A DNA stretch of 64,000 bases from an uncultured Chloroflexia bacterium (GTDB taxonomy: Bacteria; Chloroflexota; Chloroflexia; Thermomicrobiales; Thermomicrobiaceae). Under the pieces are notes generated by a model, which had not been told where the DNA came from, did not search any database, and was given only the letters and a program-made list of their open reading frames with translations. The position numbers and the translations under genes are program-made. The stretch covers positions 10,791 to 74,790 of the forward strand of contig CAVXNZ010000004.1 in assembly GCA_963763185.1 (NCBI GenBank), in the 5' to 3' direction. Position 1 is the stretch's first letter. The number at the start of each line of letters is the position of its first letter. Below are positions 9,634-18,945 of the stretch, piece after piece.

Positions 9634-9701
9634 ACCGCTGCTCCATCTTCGCTCACCCCAATCGACACGTCAGCACAGCCTAGGGATGGGAGGACGGGCT
9701 G

Positions 9702-10289
9702 TCAAGGCGTGGACGAGCCGTCGTCGTGGGGCGACACGGTAGTCCGCCAGTAGAACCCTCGATCACGCTGGAGAAATCCGTTGTCGACCAACTCTCGGCG
9801 CAGCGTTGCGAAGTCGGGATGGTACTGCTTCAGGAACGTGCTGATCTCGCGCTCGGAAAGGCGGACGTCTTCAGGGACGAGCGTCGTTAGCCAGCGGAGA
9901 ATGACCAGCTTCTTCTTGTGGGTGGCCGGGATCGAGGTCAGCCGGTCGTCTTTGACAAAGTCGCGCAGGACCTTCTGATCAAAGGCGTCGCCGTCGGTCT
10001 CCGGGCTGGACGATCTTGGAGTGGCGAAAGCCGCTCGACTGATGCGCCGCAGGGCGTCGAGGTCGAGCCGGAAGTGAGGCGGCTGGTCGTCCGGCACCTC
10101 GTCGACAAGTCCGCTGTCGTGCAGCAACTTGAGATGGCGCGCGATGTCGGCTGGACGAACGCCGGCGGCTATCGCGATCTGTTCCAAGGTCAGTTCCTGC
10201 TCGATCAGCGCCGCGGCGATACGAATGCGGGTTGGGTCGGAGAGGGCTCGCGCAAGTTGGACAACGGCCTCGTTTGCGTCGGTCTCCAC
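9702..10289 (-). CDS. ArsR-type winged-helix regulator with DUF2087-like C-terminal domain
   Basis: 195-aa ORF. N-terminal ALSDPTRIRIAAAL HTH and C-terminal FLKQYHPDFATLRRELVDNGFLQR. Confidence 0.8.
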   Translation of the reverse strand: METDANEAVVQLARALSDPTRIRIAAALIEQELTLEQIAIAAGVRPADIARHLKLLHDSGLVDEVPDDQPPHFRLDLDALRRISRAAFATPRSSSPETDGDAFDQKVLRDFVKDDRLTSIPATHKKKLVILRWLTTLVPEDVRLSEREISTFLKQYHPDFATLRRELVDNGFLQRDRGFYWRTTVSPHDDGSSTP

Positions 10290-10360
10290 AGGCGTTTCAC
10301 CTCTCGCGTCGATCAGGTCATGACGGGCTCAATTCTGCCGCAAACGCCGCCCAGAATTCA

Positions 10361-11068
10361 CTATTCGATCCGGACGCGCTCCGGTTCCGCGGCGGTGCTC
10401 GCCATCACCCGCCCGTCAGAGATGCGGACCACGCGATCGCACAGATCGAGCATGCGCTCGTCGTGCGTCACCATGACCGTGGCTTTCTGACGACCGTGGG
10501 CCTCGCGCGCCAGCATCTCGACCACTTCACGCCCACGCCTCGAATCGAGATTGGCGGTCGGCTCGTCGGCCAGCAGGATGTCCGGATCGTTCATCAGCGC
10601 CCGGGCAATTGCGACCCGCTGGCGCTCGCCGCCAGACAGTTCCTCCGGGTAGTGGTTCGCCCGGTTCGTCATTCCGAGTTCGAAGAGGAGCTCATCGGCG
10701 CGCGATTTGGCGTCCGCGTCGAGCCCGCCGCTCAGCTTGGCTACCAGCAGCAGTTGATCGCGTGCCTTCAGGTAGGGGATCAGGTTGGCCGACTGCAACA
10801 CGAACCCGACGTGCTCCAGCCGTAGCTTGCCGAGCGCGGCTGATTTCAGTCCGGTAAGTTCGGTACCGTTGAGGACAACGCGTCCGCTGGTTGGATGGAG
10901 CAGCGCTCCAGCGATGGCGAGCAACGTCGTCTTCCCAGAACCGGACGGACCAACGACCGCGACCAGCTCGCCGCTGTCGACTGACAGGGAGACGTCGTCG
11001 AGCGCGCGAACCGCGATATCCCCCTCGCCAAACGTCTTGGTGACGTGCTCGAGGACGAGCTTTGCCAT
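10361..11068 (-). CDS. ABC transporter ATP-binding protein (MacB/LolD-like)
   Basis: Walker A GPSGSGKTT, signature LSGGERQRVAIARAL, Walker B ILLADEPT. Confidence 0.95.
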   Translation of the reverse strand: MAKLVLEHVTKTFGEGDIAVRALDDVSLSVDSGELVAVVGPSGSGKTTLLAIAGALLHPTSGRVVLNGTELTGLKSAALGKLRLEHVGFVLQSANLIPYLKARDQLLLVAKLSGGLDADAKSRADELLFELGMTNRANHYPEELSGGERQRVAIARALMNDPDILLADEPTANLDSRRGREVVEMLAREAHGRQKATVMVTHDERMLDLCDRVVRISDGRVMASTAAEPERVRIE

Positions 11069-11070
11069 GA

Positions 11071-12231
11071 TCAGTCTGCCCTTCCGATAGCGACCAGTGG
11101 ATCGATCGACGCGATGCGGCGAAGCGACAGGAGCGTTCCCACGAGGGCAACGACGAGCAGAATGACCCCATAGGTGACGATGAGTTGATAGCTCAGCGCG
11201 AACGGTAGTTCCGGCGGTATCACTGCGGCGACCGCGAAGGTCAACACTGCTCCAATCACGACGCCGACGACCGTCAGTACCATGACCTGTCCGATGAGAT
11301 CCTGCGCCAGGAAGCGCGTCCCGGCGCCGAGAGCCTTCAGGACGCCAAACTGGTTCGACTTCTGCAGTGTAATGACGTAGAAGAAGACAGCTAGCACGAA
11401 GGCCGCGATCACGAAGAGGAAGACGAGCATCATGGTGATGGTTCCGTTCTCCTCCTTGTAGCCGGGCAAGCTCTCGAGGGCGGTCTGGCGTGTTGCGACC
11501 TCGACGCCCGGAACCTGTTGCGCTACACGGCCGGCCGCGGCGCTGTCGGCCTGAATGGCCACGGCACTGATCGGATTGTCGACGCTGCCCGCCGAGCCAG
11601 GCGCGGCAAACTTGAGTGATTGCCAGAGCGGGATGTTGGTGAAAATGACCGGCAGGTGGTTGTACTTTTGTCCGGTGGTAAAGCCAGTCACCGTCAGTGG
11701 CTGATTTGACGGCGTGATCATCAATTGATCGCCAAGCTTCACCCCGTAGCGCTTGAACGTGTCGTCGACGACCACGTTGTTCGAGGAGTCGTTCGGTAGT
11801 GCCTGCCCTCCGACGATCTTTGGCGCCAGAAAACTGGTCGGATCGATCGCCAGAATCGTCGCGTCGATCTGCGTGCTGCTATTGTTGCGCTGCACCGTGA
11901 CCGTGAGATGTCCGAGCGGCGCTGCTGCCTTCACCCCGCTGACCTGCTGTATCTTGGCCACGTCGGCCATCGGGAGAATTGAGCGGTGGAGGTAGAGTTT
12001 CACGTCCGACTGGAAGACAAGGTGGTCGGCGTTCATGTGAATGAGCGCGGCGCCGTTGTCGGTCGAGAGGCCGTTGGCCAGTCCTGACAGGAGAAAGACG
12101 AGCCAGGCGATGAGCGTGATGATGGCTCCGATCAACAAGTAGCGAAGCCGGGAATGGCGGAACTCTCGCAGGGCCAGAAACATGTTTCTGCCTTTCTCGG
12201 GAACGAACTCTGCGGCTGGCATCGACATCAC
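11071..12231 (-). CDS. ABC transporter permease, FtsX-like
   Basis: 386-aa ORF. One N-terminal TM, a large extracytoplasmic domain and 3 C-terminal TMs. An alternative start (MFLALREF) is at 12183. Confidence 0.87.
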   Translation of the reverse strand: MMSMPAAEFVPEKGRNMFLALREFRHSRLRYLLIGAIITLIAWLVFLLSGLANGLSTDNGAALIHMNADHLVFQSDVKLYLHRSILPMADVAKIQQVSGVKAAAPLGHLTVTVQRNNSSTQIDATILAIDPTSFLAPKIVGGQALPNDSSNNVVVDDTFKRYGVKLGDQLMITPSNQPLTVTGFTTGQKYNHLPVIFTNIPLWQSLKFAAPGSAGSVDNPISAVAIQADSAAAGRVAQQVPGVEVATRQTALESLPGYKEENGTITMMLVFLFVIAAFVLAVFFYVITLQKSNQFGVLKALGAGTRFLAQDLIGQVMVLTVVGVVIGAVLTFAVAAVIPPELPFALSYQLIVTYGVILLVVALVGTLLSLRRIASIDPLVAIGRAD

Positions 12232-12254
12232 CGGACGCTGCCGGTCCTGACGCC

Positions 12255-12322
12255 AGGCGAAGTATAGAGGCCAGACGGTATATAATCAATCTTGACTAAT
12301 CAGGATTGAATAGGTACGAGAT
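12255..12322. promoter_or_regulatory. divergent promoter/operator region between the ABC exporter and the PadR gene
   Basis: Plus strand: TTGACT (12292-12297), 17-nt spacer, TACGAG (12315-12320). Minus strand: TTGATT, 17-nt spacer, TATACT (complement of 12284-12289 and 12261-12266). Inverted repeat tcaatc (12286-12291) / gattga (12304-12309). Confidence 0.4.
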
Positions 12323-12859
12323 GTGACGGAGATTCGTGTGGACGAGCGAGCGTTGCTGCTTCTGGGGATTCTCAAGGCTCAGAGCCAGCATGGATATCAG
12401 ATCAACGAATTCATCGAGCGGAACCTGAGCCGGGTGACCGACATGAAGAAGGCGACGGCGTATGCCGTGCTCGACCGGCTGAGCCGCGGAAACTACGTTG
12501 AAGTCCAGACGGAGCAAGCGGGTAACCGTCCGCCGCGCAAGGTCTATTCGATTACACCGTCTGGGGAGAAGCTCTTTCTTGACTTGTTGCGGGAGAACCT
12601 GGGTGCCTATGACGTACCAACCTTCGCGGGCGACACCGCACTGATGTTTCTCGACGAACTGCCCCGTGACGAAGCCTTGGCCTGCCTGCGACAGCGGCTC
12701 GATAAGGTCGAGCGCCAGGTTGGGATCTACGAGCAGGCACCTCCACACGGGCACGGCCTAGGCGTTGACCTGGCGCTTGACCACGTGCGGCAGCTCCTGA
12801 GCGCCGACCGCGACTGGCTGGCCGCGACGATCGTCCGTCTGGAATCCTCCAGTCGTTGA
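12323..12859 (+). CDS. PadR family transcriptional regulator
   Basis: 178-aa ORF with HGYQINEFI and PRKVYSITPSGEKLF. GTG start; the true start may be the GTG at 12338 if the transcript is leaderless. Confidence 0.87.
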   Translation: MTEIRVDERALLLLGILKAQSQHGYQINEFIERNLSRVTDMKKATAYAVLDRLSRGNYVEVQTEQAGNRPPRKVYSITPSGEKLFLDLLRENLGAYDVPTFAGDTALMFLDELPRDEALACLRQRLDKVERQVGIYEQAPPHGHGLGVDLALDHVRQLLSADRDWLAATIVRLESSSR

Positions 12860-12925
12860 CGCTCAACCGCTCCCCTGCGATGATCGGCTAAAGTTGACGA
12901 TCCGACCGAGGAGTTAGGGGAGACG

Positions 12926-13282
12926 ATGTCATCATCCGGGTCCGCCAGTTTGCCGCGAGATCGGATCATCTGGAAGCATCCGGTGCTGGACGATCTGCCG
13001 GAAGAGCCCACGATCCATTTCACGCTTGACGGCCGCGAACTCGAAGCGTTCGAGGGAGACTCTATCGCATCGGCACTGTTGGCCAACGGAATTCGCGTCT
13101 TCCGTACGTCGCCGCACACCGGCGAGCCACGCGGTCCACTCTGCGCGGTTGGTCGCTGTCCGGACTGCATGATGACCGTCGACGGCATGCTCAACGTGCA
13201 GACCTGCATGACTCCCGTGAAAGACGGCATGCGCGTCGAGACGCAGCAGGGATTAGGCACCTGGAAGGGCAAGGCGGAGTGA
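12926..13282 (+). CDS. (2Fe-2S)-binding protein, HcnA / sarcosine-oxidase-alpha N-terminal-like
   Basis: 118-aa ORF with the Cys cluster CAVGRCPDCMMTVDG...VQTC. Confidence 0.78.
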   Translation: MSSSGSASLPRDRIIWKHPVLDDLPEEPTIHFTLDGRELEAFEGDSIASALLANGIRVFRTSPHTGEPRGPLCAVGRCPDCMMTVDGMLNVQTCMTPVKDGMRVETQQGLGTWKGKAE

Positions 13283-14235
13283 AGACTTCCGATGTGGCGG
13301 TGGTCGGCGCTGGACCGGCCGGAGTCGCGGCGGCGCTGGCCGCGGCAAGCGTGGGCGCAAAGACCTCCCTGATCAACGAGACGGCTGATGTCGGCGGCAA
13401 CCTCAGATGGCGACTGGCTGAGATCGACAACCTTCCGGGCGACTTCGCTGACCTGAGCGGGCAGCGTGCCTTCAAGTTAGTCGTAGCACTCGAAGAGCGG
13501 GTGAAGGGGTCGACGGTCGAGTTCGTCGATAAGGGAACTGCCTGGGGCTGGTTCGACGAGAACACCCTTGGCGTGGTGCAACGTGGCGATTCGTACGAAC
13601 TGAAAGCGAAGTCGATCGTCGTCGCTACTGGCTCAACTGACATCATGGCGTCGTTTGCCGGGTCGACCCTTCCGGGTGTCATGACTGCCCGCGCCGTGAT
13701 GATCTTTCTGAATATTCACCGGGTCCTTCCCGGGACACGCTTCGCCGTGATTGGGTCGGGCCGGGATGCGCTGGAGGTCTCGGACGCGATCGAGATGGCT
13801 GGGGCGGAGGTCGTCTGCCGGGTCGAGAGCCTCGACGGTGTGCGTGTCGCCGGAAATACCGAAGTTCAGGAGATTTATCTGCCGGAGCGCTCATTCAACG
13901 TTGATTCCGTGGCGGTCGCGCTCGGACGCCAGCCCGATCCGGAACTGGCTTTGCAGGCGCTGGCGCAGAACGTCTTCTCAGTGGGAGCCGGTGGATTCGT
14001 TCCACGACGCGGAGGTTGTCTCGAAACCTCAACGCCTGGCATCTACGTCGCCGGTGAAGCAGGTGGGAATGTCAGCGTGGCCGAGGCGATGGCAGAAGGC
14101 TGGCTGGCCGGGCTTGCGGCAGCCGGAGCGGACGACGGACTGATCGGGGCCGCGCAGGAAACGCTCTCAGCCCTCCGTGACGAAGCGCGTACGTCGGTGG
14201 TCGACAGTCTTCGACTCGAAGCCGCGATCCACTAA
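13279..14235 (+). CDS. FAD/NAD(P)-binding oxidoreductase (HcnB / opine oxidase subunit A-like)
   Basis: GTGA start/stop overlap with the previous gene. VVGAGPAGVAAA dinucleotide fold, a second Rossmann motif VIGSGRDALE, and YVAGEAGG. Confidence 0.83.
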   Translation: MKTSDVAVVGAGPAGVAAALAAASVGAKTSLINETADVGGNLRWRLAEIDNLPGDFADLSGQRAFKLVVALEERVKGSTVEFVDKGTAWGWFDENTLGVVQRGDSYELKAKSIVVATGSTDIMASFAGSTLPGVMTARAVMIFLNIHRVLPGTRFAVIGSGRDALEVSDAIEMAGAEVVCRVESLDGVRVAGNTEVQEIYLPERSFNVDSVAVALGRQPDPELALQALAQNVFSVGAGGFVPRRGGCLETSTPGIYVAGEAGGNVSVAEAMAEGWLAGLAAAGADDGLIGAAQETLSALRDEARTSVVDSLRLEAAIH

Positions 14236-14262
14236 CATGCAACGAAACCGGAAGGAACAACC

Positions 14263-14544
14263 ATGAGCCAAGAGGTGGAGGGCGGCGTCTGCGTCTGCCG
14301 TTGTGAAGGGGTCGACGTGGCGGCGATCCGTCAGGCGATCAGCGAAGGTGCGATAACGATCAACGATGTGAAGCGCCGGACCCGTGCCGGGATGGGCATT
14401 TGCCAGGGCATCTACTGCACGCGTTCTATCGGCGAAATGATCCACCGCCAGGCGGGAATCGCACTTGCGGAGATCGAGCCGATGACGGCGCGGCCGCCCG
14501 CGCGACTGATGCCGGTCGGCGAGCTCGCGGGGTTGGACGAATAA
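14263..14544 (+). CDS. BFD-like (2Fe-2S)-binding domain protein
   Basis: 93-aa ORF with CVCRCEGV...GMGICQGIYC. Confidence 0.78.
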   Translation: MSQEVEGGVCVCRCEGVDVAAIRQAISEGAITINDVKRRTRAGMGICQGIYCTRSIGEMIHRQAGIALAEIEPMTARPPARLMPVGELAGLDE

Positions 14545-14613
14545 GACTACCCGACTCCGGTTCCGCGCTCGCTCGCCTATCACCGAATATCTTCTAGCTC
14601 GACGTTCAGTTCA

Positions 14614-15961
14614 ATGGGGGACACATTCGTGATCGCCTACCCGTTGCTGCTCGAACCACATTACGACGTCAAGATCTGGGGCGGTCGTCGTCTGGAGACG
14701 GTTCTCGGCAAGCATCTGCCGGATGACGGGCCGGTTGGCGAGTCGATCGAAAGCGGCGGCGACGCTCGCGTGGTCAACGGCCCGCTCGCGGGACAGACCC
14801 TCAACGATCTGATCGCGCGGGACGGACAGGCGCTACTCGGAGAGCGGGGGATGACGGCGTGTGGGCCGTTTGGTGATTTCCCCCTGCTGGTGAAGTTCAT
14901 CGACGCCTCCGACGTCCTGTCGCTCCAGCTGCACCCGGATGACGCAGGAGCGCTGCACCTCAACAAACGAGGAAAGACCGAGGCCTGGTATATCGTCCAG
15001 GCCCAGACAGGCGCTCAGCTGATCACTGGCATGTCGCGCCAGGCCAGCGCCGACGATGTGCGCGCCAGTATCGCGGATGGAACCTTCGAGCAGCTGCTCG
15101 AGCGGCGAGTGGTGCGCGGGGGCGAGGCCATGGTCGTACCGGCCGGAACTATGCACGCTATCGGCGCGGGCGTCTTGCTGTACGAGATTCAGCAGAACTG
15201 CGACGTCACCTTTCGTCTTTACGACTGGGAACGTGTTGACGATAAGGGCCGGCCGCGCGAGCTTCATCTGGAGCAGGCACTGGTCGCGCTACGGAACGAC
15301 CTCCACGCGCACATCGCTCAACCCCTACGGCTCGACGAATGGCGTGAGGTGCTAGTGGCCTGCCGCTATTTCGCGCTCGAACGCTGGAGCGTCGGCGGTG
15401 CACGTGATGTCCCGGCATCGGACGGCACCACCTTCCGACTCCTCTCCTGCATTCGAGGGTCAGGCAGTATTGCGGACCGATTCGACGGAACTGGAGCTCC
15501 GGCTCGGTCAGACGGCGCTTCTCCCGGCTGACCTGCCGCCAACGACGATCTCCGGGATGGCGACGCTGCTCTGCGGCTACATCCCCGATTTGGCGGCAGA
15601 CATTGCCCGGCCATTGCGCGCGGCGGGGCATGATCGCGATGTCATCGCGCGCCTCGCGGGGGATACCGGCGATCTGGATTCGATTGACAAGTACAGCACC
15701 GGCGGGGGAGAGATGACGCACAGCGCCAAGACCCGGCTCACCGTGAAAGAAGCGATGCGACGTGCCGTCGAGTATTTTGGACCTCAGGGGCGCTGTCGCT
15801 TGAACGTCACCGAACGCGGAGACTACCGCATCGTCTTCGCGGGGGACGGCGGCTACGTCATCGTCTCAGCCCACCGTGCTCCCCGTGGCAGCCACCTCGA
15901 ACTCGAAGTCTGGGGCTTCGACAAGGAGGCGGAGGAGTTTCTGGAGGGGGTGCGGGAGTGA
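14614..15961 (+). pseudogene. manA: type I phosphomannose isomerase with an apparent +1 frameshift near 15450-15475 and a C-terminal in-frame extension
   Basis: Frame 1 (14614..15531) carries the PMI motifs LSLQLHPDD, GKTEAWYIV and VPAGTMHAIG. It ends in Arg/Gly/Ala-rich text after ...TFRLLSCIRGSGSI. Frame 2 (15398..15961) continues with the expected PMI C-terminus ..LRTDSTELELRLGQTALLPADLPPTTISG.ATLL. Confidence 0.7.
15713..15961 (+). CDS. possible separate small protein (82 aa) embedded in-frame in the manA tail
   Basis: ATG at 15713 directly follows GGGGGAGAG. The product MTHSAKTRLTVKEAMRRAVEYFG... has globular-looking composition. No stop separates it from the manA frame-2 tail. Confidence 0.3.
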   Translation: MTHSAKTRLTVKEAMRRAVEYFGPQGRCRLNVTERGDYRIVFAGDGGYVIVSAHRAPRGSHLELEVWGFDKEAEEFLEGVRE

Positions 15962-16085
15962 CAGCCCTCACCCGGCTCGCGTGCTCGCCACCCTCTCCCG
16001 CAAAGCAGGAGAGGGTTTTCTTACGTCGTAACTTTCTCCCTTCTCCTGTTTGACGGGAGAAGGGCTGGGGATGAGGGCTGTTCGT
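15962..16085 (+). repeat. REP-like palindromic intergenic element, copy 1
   Basis: Core 15962-16017 is CAGCCCTCACCCGGCTCGC..GCTCGCCACCCTCTCCCG....CAGGAGAGGGTT. A second hairpin cccttctcc/ggagaaggg follows, and the element ends in GGGGATGAGGGCTGTTCG. The core matches the reverse complement of 51303-51357, differing only at the two positions after GGCTCGC and in the hairpin loop. Confidence 0.8.
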
Positions 16086-16094
16086 TAGGGCCGT

Positions 16095-16571
16095 CTACTT
16101 CCGCTTCGGCGTCAGCATCTCGTAGGCCAGGCCCATGACGGCGCCGAAAACGGCGTGTCGCACCACTTCCGCGACGAACGGCCCCGGGCGATTGTACGGC
16201 TCGAGGTCGCCACGTTTGATGCCGGGGTGGATGTGGTCGAGCACGATGATGATCGGCCAGAGAACCAGATTCTCGACCTGCCCAAAGATCAATCCACGCA
16301 CCCAGGCCGGGCCGGGCAGCCCGTGATGCACCCGTGAGAAGACCGCTCCCAGCGCGATGCCGTTGGTGACGTGCGAGACACTGCCGATGACCGGCCAGAG
16401 TCGCCGCCCGCCGGGGACCATGCCGGAGAGGAGTCGCAAGTCATTCGTCCGCTGGCGCGTGATCGCCAGGTCCACGCCCATTGCGAGCATGAAGGCCACC
16501 GCGCCGATGGCACCGGCGATCGCGCCGCGCTGCGCCTCGTCGCTCGTATCGATGCTCTTCATCATTTCCAC
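16095..16571 (-). CDS. hypothetical membrane protein (158 aa)
   Basis: 4 predicted hydrophobic helices and good third-position GC bias. No family recognised. Confidence 0.7.
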   Translation of the reverse strand: MEMMKSIDTSDEAQRGAIAGAIGAVAFMLAMGVDLAITRQRTNDLRLLSGMVPGGRRLWPVIGSVSHVTNGIALGAVFSRVHHGLPGPAWVRGLIFGQVENLVLWPIIIVLDHIHPGIKRGDLEPYNRPGPFVAEVVRHAVFGAVMGLAYEMLTPKRK

Positions 16572-16581
16572 AGTTCCGTCC

Positions 16582-17316
16582 TTACTCGGCCTGGTTCGGA
16601 TCGAAGATCGGCGCTGGCCGGCGCTTGTGGGCCGATCCTGCGATCATGCGCTGCACCTTGGCGACCTTATCGTCGGGATACTGGCTGATGTCGCCCCGGT
16701 CGAGTGCCATCAGGATGCCATCGAGGTCCTCGTAGGTGATGCCCATTTCTTCCTCGTCGGTCTGTCCGGCCCAGAGCCCGGCGCTTGGAGGTCGGTCGAT
16801 GATCGCCTGTGGCACGTCGATCTCACGAGCGACCGCGCGAACGTCGGTCTTATAGAGACTGCCGAGTGGGAGCAGGTCGACACCGCCGTCGCCGTACTTG
16901 GTGAAGTAGCCGACCATCAGTTCGCTCCGGTTACCCGTGCCGACCACCAGCAGTCCACGCGTATTCGCCACGTGGTAGAGCGTCAACATGCGCAGGCGCG
17001 GCTTGATATTGGCGGTCGCCAGCTGACTGCCATCCGGCAGCTTGCCTACCAGCAGGTCGAACGGCTCCGAGAGGTCGATGGTTAGCGACTCGATGTTGAA
17101 GGCCCGGGCGACCAGTTTCGCGTCGTCGACATCGGCTTGTTGACTGTGGGCGGGCATGATGACCCCGAGGACGCGATCACTGCCAAGGCCGCGGGCAGCC
17201 AGTCCGGCTACCACAGCCGAGTCGATGCCGCCGGAGAGTCCGACCACGGCGCCGTTCGCTCCCGCGCCGTCGATCTGATCACGAATCCAGTTCGCGATGT
17301 TGTCGGCGAGGCTCAT
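16582..17316 (-). CDS. nadE: ammonia-dependent NAD+ synthetase
   Basis: 244-aa ORF with the PP-loop GLSGGIDSAV. Confidence 0.92.
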   Translation of the reverse strand: MSLADNIANWIRDQIDGAGANGAVVGLSGGIDSAVVAGLAARGLGSDRVLGVIMPAHSQQADVDDAKLVARAFNIESLTIDLSEPFDLLVGKLPDGSQLATANIKPRLRMLTLYHVANTRGLLVVGTGNRSELMVGYFTKYGDGGVDLLPLGSLYKTDVRAVAREIDVPQAIIDRPPSAGLWAGQTDEEEMGITYEDLDGILMALDRGDISQYPDDKVAKVQRMIAGSAHKRRPAPIFDPNQAE

Positions 17317-17341
17317 TTATCCTCCTGCATGTTCGGTCGGG

Positions 17342-18811
17342 TCACGACGGCATGTCCAGATAGACCGTGCGTGTTTGGGTGTAGAAATCCATCGCCGCCC
17401 GTCCCTGCTCGCGTGAGAAGGAGCTCGACTCCTTCATTCCCCCAAACGGCACGTGCGGCTCGGCGCCAGCCGTCTCGGAGTTGACGTGAACGACGCCTGC
17501 TTCGATCGAGCGGATGAACGTAAAGGCGGTCGCGATGTTACCGGTGACGATCGACGCACTCAAGCCGTATTTCACACCGTTGGCGATGCGTACGGCCTCG
17601 TCCAGGTCGCTCGCCCGAATGACGCTTACGACTGGGCCGAAGATCTCTTCCTGTGCGATGCGCATGTCTGGCCGGACGTTGTCGAATACCGTCGGTGCGA
17701 CGAAAAAGCCGCTCGCGTAGTCGCTGCCCGAGAGTTTCTCCCCGCCGGTGACCAGACGAGCGCCCTCCTGCTTGCCGATGTCGATGTAATCGAGCACAGA
17801 CTTCTGAGCGGACGCGGAGACGAGCGGCCCCATGTAGGTGCCACTGTCGATGCCGGGTCCGACTTTCATCGATTTGACGCGCTCCACCAGCGCCTCGGTG
17901 AAGGCGCCCTCGATGGGCTGCTCGACGATCACCCGGCTCGTGGCGGTGCACTTCTGGCCGGTCGAGCGCATCGCGCCCGAGAGGACGATGTCGACCGCCT
18001 GGTCGAGTTTGGCGTCGGCCGCGACGACCACTGGGTTCTTGCCACCCAGTTCCAGTTGGACGCGAGCGCCCCGAGCAGTGGCGATGCTGTAGATGTTGCG
18101 GCCGACCTCGCCCGAACCCGTGAAGCTGATGCCGTTGACGCCCGGATTGTTGGTCAGTTCGTCGCCCACCACACTGCCAGGTCCGTGGACCAGGTTGAGG
18201 ACCCCGGCGGGAAGCCCAGCCTCCTCGAAGACTTCGGTGATGAGATGGGCGGTCAATGGCGTGAGTTCGGCTGGCTTGAAGATGGCGACGTTGCCGTAGG
18301 CCAGGCAGGGGGCCAGTTTCCAGATCGGGATCGCCACCGGGAAGTTCCAGGGCGTGATGATGCCGACGACGCCGAGCGGCACACGCTCCGAATAGAGGAA
18401 CGTCGTCGGGTTGGCGGAATTGTAGGTCTCACCAGTTGGACGCCACGGCTCGCCCGCGAAGAACTTCAGGATGGCAGCCCCACGTTTGGCCTCTCCAGTG
18501 CCCTCACCGATGGTTTTGCCCTCTTCGAGCGTCAGCGCCCGGCCAATCTCATCGGCGCGACGCTCCATGATCTGCCCGGCCCGGTCCAGGATTCCCGCAC
18601 GCTCAGCGGCAGAAATCCGGCGCCAGTCCTGAAAGGCACGATTGGCGACGTCAACCGCTCGCTGGACGTCTTCCCGAGAGGAGCGTGGAAAGCGGCCAAG
18701 CCGCTCGTCTGGATTGGCCGGGTTGCTATTTTCGTTCGTGTCATTGCCAGAGGCGTCGACCCACTCGCCGCCGATGTAATTCCTGTACGTGCCGCGTTGC
18801 TCGGTTTGCAT
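17342..18811 (-). CDS. aldehyde dehydrogenase family protein
   Basis: 489-aa ORF with ELGGKNP, the catalytic Cys block GQKCTATSR, and EEIFGPV. Confidence 0.93.
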   Translation of the reverse strand: MQTEQRGTYRNYIGGEWVDASGNDTNENSNPANPDERLGRFPRSSREDVQRAVDVANRAFQDWRRISAAERAGILDRAGQIMERRADEIGRALTLEEGKTIGEGTGEAKRGAAILKFFAGEPWRPTGETYNSANPTTFLYSERVPLGVVGIITPWNFPVAIPIWKLAPCLAYGNVAIFKPAELTPLTAHLITEVFEEAGLPAGVLNLVHGPGSVVGDELTNNPGVNGISFTGSGEVGRNIYSIATARGARVQLELGGKNPVVVAADAKLDQAVDIVLSGAMRSTGQKCTATSRVIVEQPIEGAFTEALVERVKSMKVGPGIDSGTYMGPLVSASAQKSVLDYIDIGKQEGARLVTGGEKLSGSDYASGFFVAPTVFDNVRPDMRIAQEEIFGPVVSVIRASDLDEAVRIANGVKYGLSASIVTGNIATAFTFIRSIEAGVVHVNSETAGAEPHVPFGGMKESSSFSREQGRAAMDFYTQTRTVYLDMPS

Positions 18812-18945
18812 CTCGATCCATCCTTCGCGTGTCAGGCTTGCGCCAGCGATCAGATTCGCGATGGCACAAACGCCAGACGAACTGGACTCGCTCAGCCTAT
18901 CATCGCGCAGTCGCCATTCAGAGACAAACCAGTTTGGGGAGATCG

